A DNA stretch of 64,000 nt from Leptonemataceae bacterium (GCA_965227295.1 OZ245742.1:320001-384000); one strand, 5' to 3'. Counted from the first letter of the stretch, positions 39,972 through 49,546 are shown. Made by a program: numbers and translations. Notes: generated from the letters alone by a model not told the origin.

Positions 39972-40841
39972 ATGAACTACGTAATCATTGGTGCAAAAAG
40001 TATTGCCGGGCTTGCCGCAGTGGACGCTGTGCGCGCATTCAACGCGGAGGCGAACGTCATCGGAACGACCTCCGGCGACGGCGCCCTCGATCACTGCGAC
40101 GAAACCATCGGCGGAATCGATCTGTGGCAGGACGGGGCCGTGGAGAAAATTCTGGGCGCACTGAAAGGCCGCAACATCGCGACGATCTTTTACACGCCGT
40201 CCATGGGCATGGTGGGCCATCCGGCCTGGGACGCGAAGGCCGAAGACATTGAACAGGCCCTGGCGTTCAGTTATCGGCCTTTACGTCGACTCGGCACCGA
40301 GCTCGATACCGTGGTCGTCGGTTATTCTTCGTTCTTCTGGCTGCCGCACATCTCCGTGGCCTACGGCGCCATGGCCGCTGCGAAATTCTGCATCGAAAGC
40401 CTGGCCGTCCATGAACCGGAGCGCTTTCGTGTGATTCGCTCCGGCGTCTTCGAAAGCAAGTCGTTGCGCGGCATCAGTCTCATGGTTCGCCGCGAACTCA
40501 AGACCACCGACGATCCGCACCTGCGCGCCCTCGAAGCGGACTGGAAGGATCGCGGCTGCAATTTCACGGAGTACTTCTTCGATTTCGCCCACGGCACGGA
40601 ACGCGATACGTTCCAGCACGACCCGCGTTTTCAAAACATCCCGCATCGCAAAACGTCGCACGAGGATCTGAAAACCGCGGCGCTCGCCGTTTTAAAAAAC
40701 GAAACCGGCCCGATTCACAACATCATCGGCGACTGGCGCTGGGATGAGGATGCCCTGCCGGAAATCAACGCGGACATTCTGAAGCCGTTGCAGGCCTTCG
40801 CCTCGGAAACCCCGGCGACGTTGGGCGTGAACGCGAAGTAA
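39972..40841 (+). CDS. Divergent SDR / FabI-like oxidoreductase
   Basis: N-terminal Rossmann-like YVIIGAKSIAG; YGAMAAAK (YxxMxxAK); RSGVFESKSLRGI. Confidence 0.6.
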   Translation: MNYVIIGAKSIAGLAAVDAVRAFNAEANVIGTTSGDGALDHCDETIGGIDLWQDGAVEKILGALKGRNIATIFYTPSMGMVGHPAWDAKAEDIEQALAFSYRPLRRLGTELDTVVVGYSSFFWLPHISVAYGAMAAAKFCIESLAVHEPERFRVIRSGVFESKSLRGISLMVRRELKTTDDPHLRALEADWKDRGCNFTEYFFDFAHGTERDTFQHDPRFQNIPHRKTSHEDLKTAALAVLKNETGPIHNIIGDWRWDEDALPEINADILKPLQAFASETPATLGVNAK

Positions 40842-41100
40842 GCCTTCGCATTTCGCACACGCCCCGAATCGTGGTGTAAGTAGCGGCGAGTGTACATTAA
40901 GACTTTTATGGTCACGGCTGGTTCCAGGCGACCACGGAGGTTGTGCCGGGGATATGTGGGGCGCGCACTGGAACGGCGTCTTCATCTCGGAAAATCCTTG
41001 AAGCGAAGCCGCACCCCGGAGCCCCGCTCTATCCGCGGGGCGGAGCGGGTGCGGCTTCGCGGTTTACCTGGTTGACTGCGCACTGCCTGTCAAACAGCGT

Positions 41101-42144
41101 ATGCCCGTTATGTCCGGCAAACGGATTGTTACATCCACACGGGCGACGGTGGTACTGACGCGCATCTTACTCGATCGCGGCTATACCATCGAAGGCGTAC
41201 GCGAGGCCGCGGAGCTGCCCGACCTCGATCCGAACCTCACGGACCAGGCCGTGGACCTGGCCGGGCACGTGCGGCTCTGGCACCTGGCATGCCGCGCCAC
41301 GAACGATCCGGCCCTGGGGCTGCGCCTCTTCGATTACTACAACCCCGAAGAAATGCACTTCATCGGCCAGGTGCTGAAGTTCGCGCCGGATGTGCGCACG
41401 TCCATCGTCCTGTGGACGCGCTACGTAAAACTCATTTGCCCCACCGATCGTGTGGAACTACGACGCGAGGGCTCGTTCTATGTTGCGACGTATACGAATC
41501 TGTCGGCCGCACATCAGAATCGCTTTATGCCGGAGCACTACGCGTCCATCGGCCTCATGCGCGGGCGTCTGCGCACCGGCCGGCAATTGCGTCCCGTGGA
41601 AGTGCGGATGAGCTTCCCGGATCCCGGCTATCGTGAGGTCTATGCCGAAATCTTCCAGGCCCCGGCGCACTTCGGCTGCGAAGAGAACGCCATGGTCTTT
41701 CGCCTGGATGATCTCGAAGTGCCGCACCGTACCGCCGACGCGAATCTGCACAAACACCTGGCGGAGTACGCGGACATGCTGCTGGCGAAGTCTGCCGCAC
41801 CGGAGAGCACCAGCGACCGCGCCCGGGAGGCGTTGATCCGCCTGTTGCCGCGCGGCATCGCCGCGAAAGAAGAGGTGGCCGGGCAATTGGACATGGGCTC
41901 GCGCACTTTGCTGCGCAAGCTGAAAGATGAGGGCCTGACCTACCGCGAACTCTTAGATGACACGCGCAAATCATTAGCGCTGGCATACTTAAAAGAAGGC
42001 GTGGGCATCACCGAGATCGCGTATATGCTGGGCTTTTCCGAACCCAGCGCACTCACGAACGCGTTCAAGGCCTGGTTCGGCCGGAGTCCGGGCAAACTGC
42101 GCCGGGAACTTCGGGATCGCCCGGGCGCCCGGTCACACCCGTAA
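41101..42144 (+). CDS. AraC family transcriptional regulator
   Basis: DPALGL N-terminal domain; RTLLRKLKDEG...EIAYMLGFSEPSALTNAFKAWFGRSP. Confidence 0.94.
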   Translation: MPVMSGKRIVTSTRATVVLTRILLDRGYTIEGVREAAELPDLDPNLTDQAVDLAGHVRLWHLACRATNDPALGLRLFDYYNPEEMHFIGQVLKFAPDVRTSIVLWTRYVKLICPTDRVELRREGSFYVATYTNLSAAHQNRFMPEHYASIGLMRGRLRTGRQLRPVEVRMSFPDPGYREVYAEIFQAPAHFGCEENAMVFRLDDLEVPHRTADANLHKHLAEYADMLLAKSAAPESTSDRAREALIRLLPRGIAAKEEVAGQLDMGSRTLLRKLKDEGLTYRELLDDTRKSLALAYLKEGVGITEIAYMLGFSEPSALTNAFKAWFGRSPGKLRRELRDRPGARSHP

Positions 42145-42191
42145 CTCAAAAAACCGCAAGCCCATCGGCGGACGCGGATTAACTCAGCTTT

Positions 42192-42449
42192 ATGCATCGT
42201 TACTCGGTTTTCGGCAACTTCTCTCGCGTCGCAGTACTGGCCTGCTGTGCCGCACTCATCACGGCCTGCGCCCCGCGACCGGAATTCGATCGCACCGTGG
42301 AGCTGAGCATCCTCGCCGCGGCGGGCGTCGCCGAAAGTTCGGAGAGCAGCGGGACTTCCAGCCCGGCAGCGAAGCCTCCGACTCGTTGCAGCCCGGCGTC
42401 GTCTGCCCGAGCGGTTCCACGCACATCCTCACTGCAAACTTCAACTTAA
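42192..42449 (+). CDS. Small putative lipoprotein, possibly a frameshifted remnant
   Basis: Lipobox LITAC; low-complexity tail. Confidence 0.4.
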   Translation: MHRYSVFGNFSRVAVLACCAALITACAPRPEFDRTVELSILAAAGVAESSESSGTSSPAAKPPTRCSPASSARAVPRTSSLQTST

Positions 42450-42487
42450 CGACAATTAGCTCGCTCCAGTGCTTGTAGGGTTCCGCG

Positions 42488-42745
42488 TCAGCGCTTGTGG
42501 CTGTTCGGCGGCCAGGCCAGGGGCTCCGCCGGCTCTACCGCGTCCCGCGTATGACAGTCGTTTTCCCGCGCCCGCAGCATACGCGGACGATTGCTGTCTT
42601 CTTCCTGGTAGCCCCCGGCAACACTGCGCGTCTCTTCCGGCCCGCCGCAGGCCACGGCGCGATCCGTACCGGTGGACGGCGCGGTGCTGCTCGCGCAACC
42701 CACAGGGCTGAGAATCATGCAAAGAAACAGGGCACGAACGATCAT
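42488..42745 (-). CDS. Small putative lipoprotein
   Basis: MIVRALFLCMILSPVGC signal/lipobox-like N-terminus. Confidence 0.45.
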   Translation of the reverse strand: MIVRALFLCMILSPVGCASSTAPSTGTDRAVACGGPEETRSVAGGYQEEDSNRPRMLRARENDCHTRDAVEPAEPLAWPPNSHKR

Positions 42746-42808
42746 GATTCTTAATATAGAAGCGCAGGCCGCGCCGTGTGTCAAGTCCGAGGCGACCTGG
42801 AGAATGGT

Positions 42809-43180
42809 TTACGGCACAGGTCCCGGCTCCCAGAGTTCGATGGGGTTGCCTTCCGGATCGTGCAGACGCGCAAAGCGGCCGTTGGGATAACTCTCCGGAT
42901 CCGGCGTGACTGCAATGCCGGCCGCGTTCAGTTGCGCGATCATGGCGTCCAGATCACGCACGCGGAAGTTGATCATCCACTGCTGTTCGGTGCGGCCGAA
43001 GTACTGCGTGTCCTCGGTGAACGGGGCGAAGACCGTGTCGCCCGCGTCCTGGGACCAGGGCGGCGTGTCGTAGTCCTGCGGCACGCGCGTTACGCCCAGG
43101 TGCTGTTCGTACCAATGTGCCAGGGCCTGCGGATCCTTCGCGCGAAAGAACAAACCGCCGATTCCCAGTACTCGCTCCAT
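42809..43180 (-). CDS. VOC (glyoxalase/bleomycin resistance) family protein
   Basis: VLGIGGLFFRAKDP, MINFRVRDLD, GRFARLHDPEGNPIELW. Confidence 0.93.
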   Translation of the reverse strand: MERVLGIGGLFFRAKDPQALAHWYEQHLGVTRVPQDYDTPPWSQDAGDTVFAPFTEDTQYFGRTEQQWMINFRVRDLDAMIAQLNAAGIAVTPDPESYPNGRFARLHDPEGNPIELWEPGPVP

Positions 43181-43698
43181 TATGCGTCTCCCTGTAGCGC
43201 CGTGTCCAGCACCGCTTTTGCTCGATCGTCGAAGGCCGTAAGAATGACTCGCTGAATGTTAGCGCCGGCCGCACTGTTCGTAAATTCCAGCACCGTACGC
43301 ACGGCAATGTCGGCGGCACGGTCCGCGGGAAAACCGTAGATGCCCGTCGAAATGGCGGGGAACGCAATCGATTGCAGATCGTTTTCGGCGGCCAGCTTGA
43401 GTGAGTTGCGATAGCAGCTTTCCAGCAGTTCGTCCTCGTTAGCGTTGCCGCCGCGCCACACGGGCCCCACCGTATGAATGACGTGTTTTGCCGGAAGATT
43501 GTACCCGCCCGTGATCTTCGCCTCGCCCGTGGGACAACCGCCCAGGCCGCGGCATTCTTCGAGCAATTGCGGTCCCGCCGCGCGATGGATGGCGCCGTCC
43601 ACGCCGCCGCCGCCGAGCAACGACGTATTCGCCGCGTTGACGATGGCGTCCACCTGGAGTTTCGTGATGTCACCCTGTTCCACAAGTAGTTCGGCCAT
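43180..43698 (-). CDS. ymdB: Macro domain protein (O-acetyl-ADP-ribose deacetylase, YmdB-like)
   Basis: [52 protein letters not shown]. Confidence 0.92.
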   Translation of the reverse strand: MAELLVEQGDITKLQVDAIVNAANTSLLGGGGVDGAIHRAAGPQLLEECRGLGGCPTGEAKITGGYNLPAKHVIHTVGPVWRGGNANEDELLESCYRNSLKLAAENDLQSIAFPAISTGIYGFPADRAADIAVRTVLEFTNSAAGANIQRVILTAFDDRAKAVLDTALQGDA

Positions 43699-43717
43699 AA
43701 CTTATACTCATTCGATT

Positions 43718-44407
43718 CTAACGCGGCACCACCTTGAAGTCACTCTCTTCCGGAGCTTTCATCAACAGGAACGGCGCCGGGTTGATCGCCCCGCCGCCGA
43801 GGGCCATGTGCCCCATGCCGAGATAGAGGTCGTCGTTGACCTTGCGAAGTTCGTCGCGCATACTGTCGACCGTGCCGCCGTTGTACGCTTCGTAGTTGAG
43901 ATGATACGCCGGCCCGCCTTCCGGATCGATCTGCGACGGCCCGAGGTACGTATCGAACTCCCGGGCCGGCACCGATTCCGGCCGCCCATCCGCGTCGCGT
44001 TGCAGGAAGAGATTGTAGCCTTTGCCGCGGAGTGCCGCGCCGTACGTCGCCGCGGGAAGCGCGATGCCCTTGCCGAGCCAGCGCCCGGGACCGAAGACGT
44101 GATTGGTGTAGTACGACGTGGCCGGCGCGAGAATGCCTGCATCGACTAACTTGCCGTAATATTCACCTTGCATTTCGGCGAAAGACGGAGCGGGCAGCGC
44201 GTAGAAAAGTTGAAAGACATCCGCCTTCTCCAGGGCGAGGACGTGTTTGAACATGGCCTCGTCGACGTGCGCCACGCCCAGGATTTCCGCCGGAGTGCGA
44301 CCGTCCCGTTCCCGCGGGCCGTTCTGGTAGATGTTAATGATCGTCGGCGTGAGCGTGAGAAAGACGAGGACGAGCAGTGCGAGGATGATCCAACGGGTTC
44401 GGGACAC
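43718..44407 (-). CDS. Hypothetical membrane-anchored protein
   Basis: N-terminal TM; WLGKG and MRDELRKVNDDLYLGMG motifs. Confidence 0.7.
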   Translation of the reverse strand: MSRTRWIILALLVLVFLTLTPTIINIYQNGPRERDGRTPAEILGVAHVDEAMFKHVLALEKADVFQLFYALPAPSFAEMQGEYYGKLVDAGILAPATSYYTNHVFGPGRWLGKGIALPAATYGAALRGKGYNLFLQRDADGRPESVPAREFDTYLGPSQIDPEGGPAYHLNYEAYNGGTVDSMRDELRKVNDDLYLGMGHMALGGGAINPAPFLLMKAPEESDFKVVPR

Positions 44408-44591
44408 GGCAGGATTCTCGCAACACCCCGGCGTATGTCAACGCGATTGTGCTCTGTCCTCCGGCAAGGGGACAGCCGGCCTCACGGCTTTTTTTGAGTG
44501 TACAAAAAATCCGGCAAAAAAACGCGCAACGAATGAAACTTTTGCGACGTGTATAAGCCCGATCTGCTTGACCGGAAGCGAAGCAAAGCCT

Positions 44592-45185
44592 ATGATTCCT
44601 TCGATGACCCTTGCGACTCCACTGCGTAACGGCCGACAGCCGCAGTATCATGGCCGACGTGTCACGCTGGAGGAGTACTTAGACCTTCCCGACGACGGCT
44701 TCCGGTACGATATGATCGACGGAGTGCTGTACGTGGCAACGAGTCATACCCCCAAACACGGCCGGGCCGAACCACGGTTCGCGCACATCGTTCTCAACTA
44801 TCTGGACGAACATCCCGTCGCGGATGTCTTTCTCGAAACCGACGTCCTGCTCCCCGACGGTAACGACATCGTCCGTCCCGACGTGTGCGTCATTCGCAAT
44901 GAACGACTGCACATGGCCGGAGAACGCATCATCCGGGGCGCGCCGGACCTGGTAGCGGAGTTGCTTTCGGACAGCACGGCACAGCGCGATCTCGGAGTGA
45001 AGTCGGAACGCTATCTGGCGAGCGGTGTGCACGAGTACTGGCTTCCCGATCCCCGCGATCAAAGCCTGCGCGTGCGCCATCGCGTCGAAAAACGGGGCTT
45101 TCCGAAGTGGGAAGAAGTCCGCGGCGCGTCTCTGGAAAGCCGGCTGTTCCCGGGCCTCGTCATCGAAGCAGGGCGTTTGTTCTAA
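44592..45185 (+). CDS. Uma2 family endonuclease
   Basis: TLEEYLDLPDDG, VRPDV, GAPDLVAELLSDST, KSERY...GVHEYW. Confidence 0.9.
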   Translation: MIPSMTLATPLRNGRQPQYHGRRVTLEEYLDLPDDGFRYDMIDGVLYVATSHTPKHGRAEPRFAHIVLNYLDEHPVADVFLETDVLLPDGNDIVRPDVCVIRNERLHMAGERIIRGAPDLVAELLSDSTAQRDLGVKSERYLASGVHEYWLPDPRDQSLRVRHRVEKRGFPKWEEVRGASLESRLFPGLVIEAGRLF

Positions 45186-45826
45186 TGTTCATCGACAAAA
45201 TCTTACGCATCTTCGGCACCAGCGTGCCCGCCCAACTCGAAAAACCGGAGGGCCTCGTCGGGCGTTTTCTGATTTCGGGCTGGCTCGAAAAAGGCAATGC
45301 ACGATTGAACGAGTTCTGCATCTCCGCCATGGAACTTCAGGGCACGGACCGCGTGCTGGAGATCGGCTTCGGCCCCGGCGGCACCCTGGGAACCATGGCG
45401 CAAACAGCGGAGTTTGTGGCCGGCGTTGACTTTGCGCCGGACATGTGTCGCTCGGCAGAACGCAAGAACCGTGCGTTCATCGCAGCGGGGCGCGTCGAGG
45501 TCCGCTGCGCCGGCGTCGACGAACTGCCGTATCCGGACGCCTCCTTCGACAAAATCTACACGGCCAATACCATCTACTTCTGGCCCCATCCGGAACGGAA
45601 CGCGCGGGAAATTCTGCGCGTGCTGAAGCCCGGCGGCGGCCTCTACATCGGCTACCGACCGCGGAGCGCCATGCAAAAGATTCCGGTGATCGATCAGCGA
45701 TTCACGATGTACGAACACCAGGACATCGCACAGTTGTTCATGGACGCCGGTGCCGGGGAAGTCCGCACCATCTCACGCGAAGAGGACGGCCTGTTCGATT
45801 CCCACTGCGCCGTGGTTCGTAAGTAG
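45185..45826 (+). CDS. Class I SAM-dependent methyltransferase
   Basis: VLEIGFGPG, LPYPDASFDKI, RVLKPGG; TAATG coupling to the upstream gene. Confidence 0.92.
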   Translation: MFIDKILRIFGTSVPAQLEKPEGLVGRFLISGWLEKGNARLNEFCISAMELQGTDRVLEIGFGPGGTLGTMAQTAEFVAGVDFAPDMCRSAERKNRAFIAAGRVEVRCAGVDELPYPDASFDKIYTANTIYFWPHPERNAREILRVLKPGGGLYIGYRPRSAMQKIPVIDQRFTMYEHQDIAQLFMDAGAGEVRTISREEDGLFDSHCAVVRK

Positions 45827-45881
45827 AGAGCCCGTTAGTACTGGACGCCCAGGCGCGCGGTGGATATCATCGCCGCCACCC

Positions 45882-47165
45882 ATGAGCAACACGAGCTTTA
45901 TCCCGCCCGACTTTCAACTCCCCATGGCCTGGCTGGCCGACGCCGTCACCCCGGGTCTGTTGAAGGTCGCCTTTAACATCGATAAAGTCCACATTTCGCA
46001 GGAAGATCGAGTCATGCTGCGCACGCTCCGCAAAGAACGACTCATGTACTTCAGCAATCATCCCACCCAGGCGGAACCGCCGGTGGCCTGGGTCGTGGCG
46101 AACGCCATGGGCGCCCGCTTCAATTCCATGGCGGCCCGGCGCGCCTTCGACTTCGGCTTCGGTCTCGTGGGCCGGGTGTTTCAGTCCACCGGGGCCTTCT
46201 CGGTCATTCCCGGCATCGCCGATCGGGACAGCATGGCCATGGCGCGCAAGGTCCTCGCCGCGCCGCAGGGCAAACTCATCCTCTATCCCGAGGGCGAACC
46301 CATGTCCAGCGAGAACGACAACCTCATGCCGTTCCAACCGGGCATCGTAAAGATCGGCCTGTCCGCCATGGACGATGCGCGCAAGAAGTACCCGGACGCG
46401 GACATCATCATCCTGCCGGCTTTCATTAAGTACGTCATCACTTCACCGCGTTCGGAAATCGTCGCCGACCTGGAAAAATCCATCGAAGTCATCGCCGACA
46501 AAATGGGCGTGGACCTCGGTGCGCGAAACCTGCTGCGCCGCTTTTTGATGATTGCCCGCATCCTCATGGAACGCGTGGAGAGCGAGTACAAACTCGAAGT
46601 AACGCCGGACATGGACTGGGACTTTCGCACGGGACGCCTGCGTCACGCCATGCTCGACGGCGTCGCCGATCGCCTGAACATGACCCGCTTCGATAAATCC
46701 GCCGACGCCATTCACAAGTTGCGCGTGCTGACTTCGATTCTGGAACTGGAAGAACTCAAACATCCGCAGTCACCGATCAAGGACGCGAGTCCCGAGGACA
46801 TCGCCATCGCCAACGACGACATCATCCGCGCCTACGACTTCATTGTCATGCGCCGGGAGTACCTCGTGGAGTATCCTTCGGCGGAACGCTTTTATGAATG
46901 GCTCGCCCGTTTCGAATCTCTGGTCCTCGGCAAACGGCCGCGCATGCTCGGCGGCGAACCTTCGCATCTACCCCGGGACGCCTACGTTACGTTCGCGAAA
47001 CCCTTCGGCCTCGGCGAGTACTACCAGCGCTACCGCGAAAATCGCAAAGAAACCCTGGCCCTGATCCTGGAACGGCTGCGCAACGATATGAACCAACAGC
47101 TCGAAGAAAACATGAAACGCAGCGAACCGATCGTCGAGCCCTACGATGTGGGGGACGGCACGTAA
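45882..47165 (+). CDS. PlsC-like phospholipid/glycerol acyltransferase
   Basis: SNHPTQAE (HxxxxD-like), GAFSV, LYPEGE, PFQPG. Confidence 0.85.
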   Translation: MSNTSFIPPDFQLPMAWLADAVTPGLLKVAFNIDKVHISQEDRVMLRTLRKERLMYFSNHPTQAEPPVAWVVANAMGARFNSMAARRAFDFGFGLVGRVFQSTGAFSVIPGIADRDSMAMARKVLAAPQGKLILYPEGEPMSSENDNLMPFQPGIVKIGLSAMDDARKKYPDADIIILPAFIKYVITSPRSEIVADLEKSIEVIADKMGVDLGARNLLRRFLMIARILMERVESEYKLEVTPDMDWDFRTGRLRHAMLDGVADRLNMTRFDKSADAIHKLRVLTSILELEELKHPQSPIKDASPEDIAIANDDIIRAYDFIVMRREYLVEYPSAERFYEWLARFESLVLGKRPRMLGGEPSHLPRDAYVTFAKPFGLGEYYQRYRENRKETLALILERLRNDMNQQLEENMKRSEPIVEPYDVGDGT

Positions 47166-47180
47166 TGATGTGAGCGCGCT

Positions 47181-47672
47181 TCACTCCGCGTGCGTCCCCG
47201 TCGGCGCCGGCAATCGCGTCCAGCGCTCCAGCAGAAACACTACAACCATGATCATCGGCACAAGAATCGCGCCGAGAAAGATGGCCCCGACGGTTCCCAG
47301 ATACAACACGCCGTAGAAAATTCCGTCGGGAACGCCGCCGGGTTCCAGGTACTCGGTCAGCAGGATCAACGCGAAGGCCGAAACGTAAGCCGCGCAGAGG
47401 TACAGCGCGAGGGCGATTCCCAGTAACTTTACATAACGATACGTTTGGATCCGCGCCGCAAAATATCCCAGAACGGCGCCCGCGGCAATGCCCGCCACGA
47501 ACGGCGCAAAGAAAAACACGAGCGCCACCGCCTGATACTCCGGATCCTGCGGCCCCATGCCCGCCAGCTGTCCGCCGACCCACGGCAAGAAAAACAGCAA
47601 CGCCAGGCCGCCGCCCAGGAGGGCGCCGCGGATGAGACAACGGTTTCGATGTTCGTTTTCAGGAATGCCCAT
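47181..47672 (-). CDS. Hypothetical membrane protein
   Basis: About four TM segments; ATG at 47672 chosen. Confidence 0.7.
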   Translation of the reverse strand: MGIPENEHRNRCLIRGALLGGGLALLFFLPWVGGQLAGMGPQDPEYQAVALVFFFAPFVAGIAAGAVLGYFAARIQTYRYVKLLGIALALYLCAAYVSAFALILLTEYLEPGGVPDGIFYGVLYLGTVGAIFLGAILVPMIMVVVFLLERWTRLPAPTGTHAE

Positions 47673-47763
47673 ACCCCACTCGTCTGCAATGCTCCGACAT
47701 TCGCGAGCGAAAAAAGATCGCGCGGGCTTGACACGTTTCCCGGACGACGACGAAAATCTCCGT

Positions 47764-49266
47764 GTGTCCCTCGTCCGCATCGGCACTGTCCTCGCGCCGA
47801 TCCTGCTGCTTCTGGCGATCACGTCGTCCCGGAGCGAGTCATCTTCCGTTCACGAACCGTTGATCGGCGCGCGCTTGCTCCTGGACGCGCCGCGGGAAAA
47901 CCCCGCCGCAGTCGAACAACGCGCTTACGAAAACGCGCGAGGCTTGTTGTCCCCGCTCGGGCAGTTTCACTTTCGCGGCCTCCATCATCCGGCGCACCGC
48001 TGCATCTGTAAGTCCGCGCCCACGCTGACACCGAACGGCCGGGCCTTCGTCGGTCCCGGCCCGCCCGCGGATGCTTCGTTGTGTGCGCGAACACCGCCGG
48101 GCGAGCAAAAAGATGAGCATGATGCGCCGAATTGTCTTTCGAACGCCGGCCGCTTTCACTTTAACGAAGAAGGCGACGCTTCCATGCACACGGGGGCGCT
48201 GCTCGCGGCCCTCGCCTGGCGCTACAAAAATCATCCCGACCCCGCGCAACGGCGGGACACGCTAAGTACGATTGGCCGCATATTAAGATACTACGAACTC
48301 TTGCAACGGCACAACGACGGCTGCATCGGCCGGAACTTCGTCGCCGCCGACGCCTACGAACGTTTCGCGCCGCAAAACCGCCACGGCACCGAAAACAGCG
48401 CGAGCAGCGTCCTGGATGATCTTTTCGGCAAGGGCAAGGCCGCAAAGTTCGCAAAACGCTATCGCCGCGTCGAACTGGACGACGCACGGCTTCCGTCGCA
48501 GGATCGCGGAGTGTATTACCTGCGCTACGACGTATCCCTGGACGCCGTCGTGCATTCCGTGGCAGGCCTGCACTGGATCACGCGTTTCACGCCGGCACCG
48601 GAACGCGAACGCGCGCGCAAGGTCCTGGCCGCGCAACTGGAGTACTACGAGCGCCGTGCCTGGCGCATCGCCGAGAACGGAAAGATGTTGCTGCACGGCG
48701 ACCACCGCCCGGATCACATTAATCCCATCGCCACCGCCATTGAGCTGATCCTCAAACATAACGTGCGCGGGGAAACGCCGCAAGCTCGCGATGCGCAACT
48801 GTTACTGATCCGCAACTATCGTACGTACGAGCCGGGCATTCACGGAAAGAAAACCGAACGCCGGCAGTTCAACAACTACATGGCCCTGACGGCCTTCGCG
48901 GCCCTGGCCGATCATCCCGACGCCTCGGTACGCGGACATGCCCGGGCCGGTCTGCTCACCGCCGTGCAGGAAAACGAGGCCGAGCTGAATTACTTCGCAC
49001 TCGCCGTGCGCGCGCAGGTCTTCGGTGAAAACACGCCGCAGTTGCGCCACGATCCCTTTGTCCGGCTGAACGATTATCACAGTTTCTGCGGAATGCTGCG
49101 CTCCCCCGCGCCCGCGTTCTTCGAGCAACGCTTCGGTTATAACTGGTGGGAGAACGATGCGTACGAAGTCGCCCTGCCGTGCACGCAGGTGCCGGGGCTG
49201 CAGGATTTGCATCCGGCCGGTCTCACGGGCAACGAGGCCTATCTCCAGGCCTACTGGTGGTACTGA
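47764..49266 (+). CDS. Exported hypothetical protein, helical (possible alpha/alpha toroid)
   Basis: Signal-like VSLVRIGTVLAPILLLLAITS; GDASMHTGALLAALAWRY; start uncertain. Confidence 0.65.
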   Translation: MSLVRIGTVLAPILLLLAITSSRSESSSVHEPLIGARLLLDAPRENPAAVEQRAYENARGLLSPLGQFHFRGLHHPAHRCICKSAPTLTPNGRAFVGPGPPADASLCARTPPGEQKDEHDAPNCLSNAGRFHFNEEGDASMHTGALLAALAWRYKNHPDPAQRRDTLSTIGRILRYYELLQRHNDGCIGRNFVAADAYERFAPQNRHGTENSASSVLDDLFGKGKAAKFAKRYRRVELDDARLPSQDRGVYYLRYDVSLDAVVHSVAGLHWITRFTPAPERERARKVLAAQLEYYERRAWRIAENGKMLLHGDHRPDHINPIATAIELILKHNVRGETPQARDAQLLLIRNYRTYEPGIHGKKTERRQFNNYMALTAFAALADHPDASVRGHARAGLLTAVQENEAELNYFALAVRAQVFGENTPQLRHDPFVRLNDYHSFCGMLRSPAPAFFEQRFGYNWWENDAYEVALPCTQVPGLQDLHPAGLTGNEAYLQAYWWY

Positions 49267-49283
49267 ACCGTGCCCGCATTGAT

Positions 49284-49311
49284 TTGACAGATTCCGCGAG
49301 ATTTCTAAATT
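49284..49311 (+). promoter_or_regulatory. Sigma70-like promoter
   Basis: TTGACA (49284-49289), 16-nt spacer, TAAATT (49306-49311). Confidence 0.65.
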
Positions 49312-49317
49312 ACGGTC

Positions 49318-49527
49318 ACGCAAAAGGAGGTGGTCCAATGATAAGTGAAAGTTCGATGACCAGCGAGGTGGCTGGGCGGTAAGTCCGGCAACTTTGCAAT
49401 GCATTGAGTGCGCGACGTTGTCGCGGCTTGCTGCAATCCAACCAGACCACCGCCTTCCGTAGTTCTCGGACATTGGTCCCCCGAGGCGCATCGCGCAGTC
49501 GCTACGGAAGGTTCTTCAGTTTTCTTC
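49318..49527 (+). ncRNA. Putative structured RNA/leader carrying a 14-aa ORF (49338-49382, MISESSMTSEVAGR)
   Basis: Promoter; extended SD AAAGGAGGTGGTCCA; internal hairpins; terminal 10-bp stem with T-rich tail; ends are estimates. Confidence 0.55.
49453..49527 (+). terminator. Terminator-like stem with T-rich tail
   Basis: CCTTCCGTAG (49453-49462) / CTACGGAAGG (49502-49511), then TTCTTCAGTTTTCTTCT; large structured loop. Confidence 0.5.
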
Positions 49528-49546
49528 TATAATAAATTATCACAGC

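Noticed and set aside
11956-43698. TIR plus macro domain as a Thoeris-like system
   Set aside because: The genes are about 30 kb apart, and the macro protein is a standalone YmdB-type enzyme with no SIR2 or TM effector part
44592-45826. Uma2 nuclease plus methyltransferase as a restriction-modification system
   Set aside because: The methyltransferase is a small-molecule class I type without DPPY/NPPY or PCQ DNA-methylase motifs
49323-49337. Fragment of a 16S rRNA gene on the minus strand
   Set aside because: The similarity is limited to 15 nt and the flanks do not continue as 16S; better explained as an extended SD-like site
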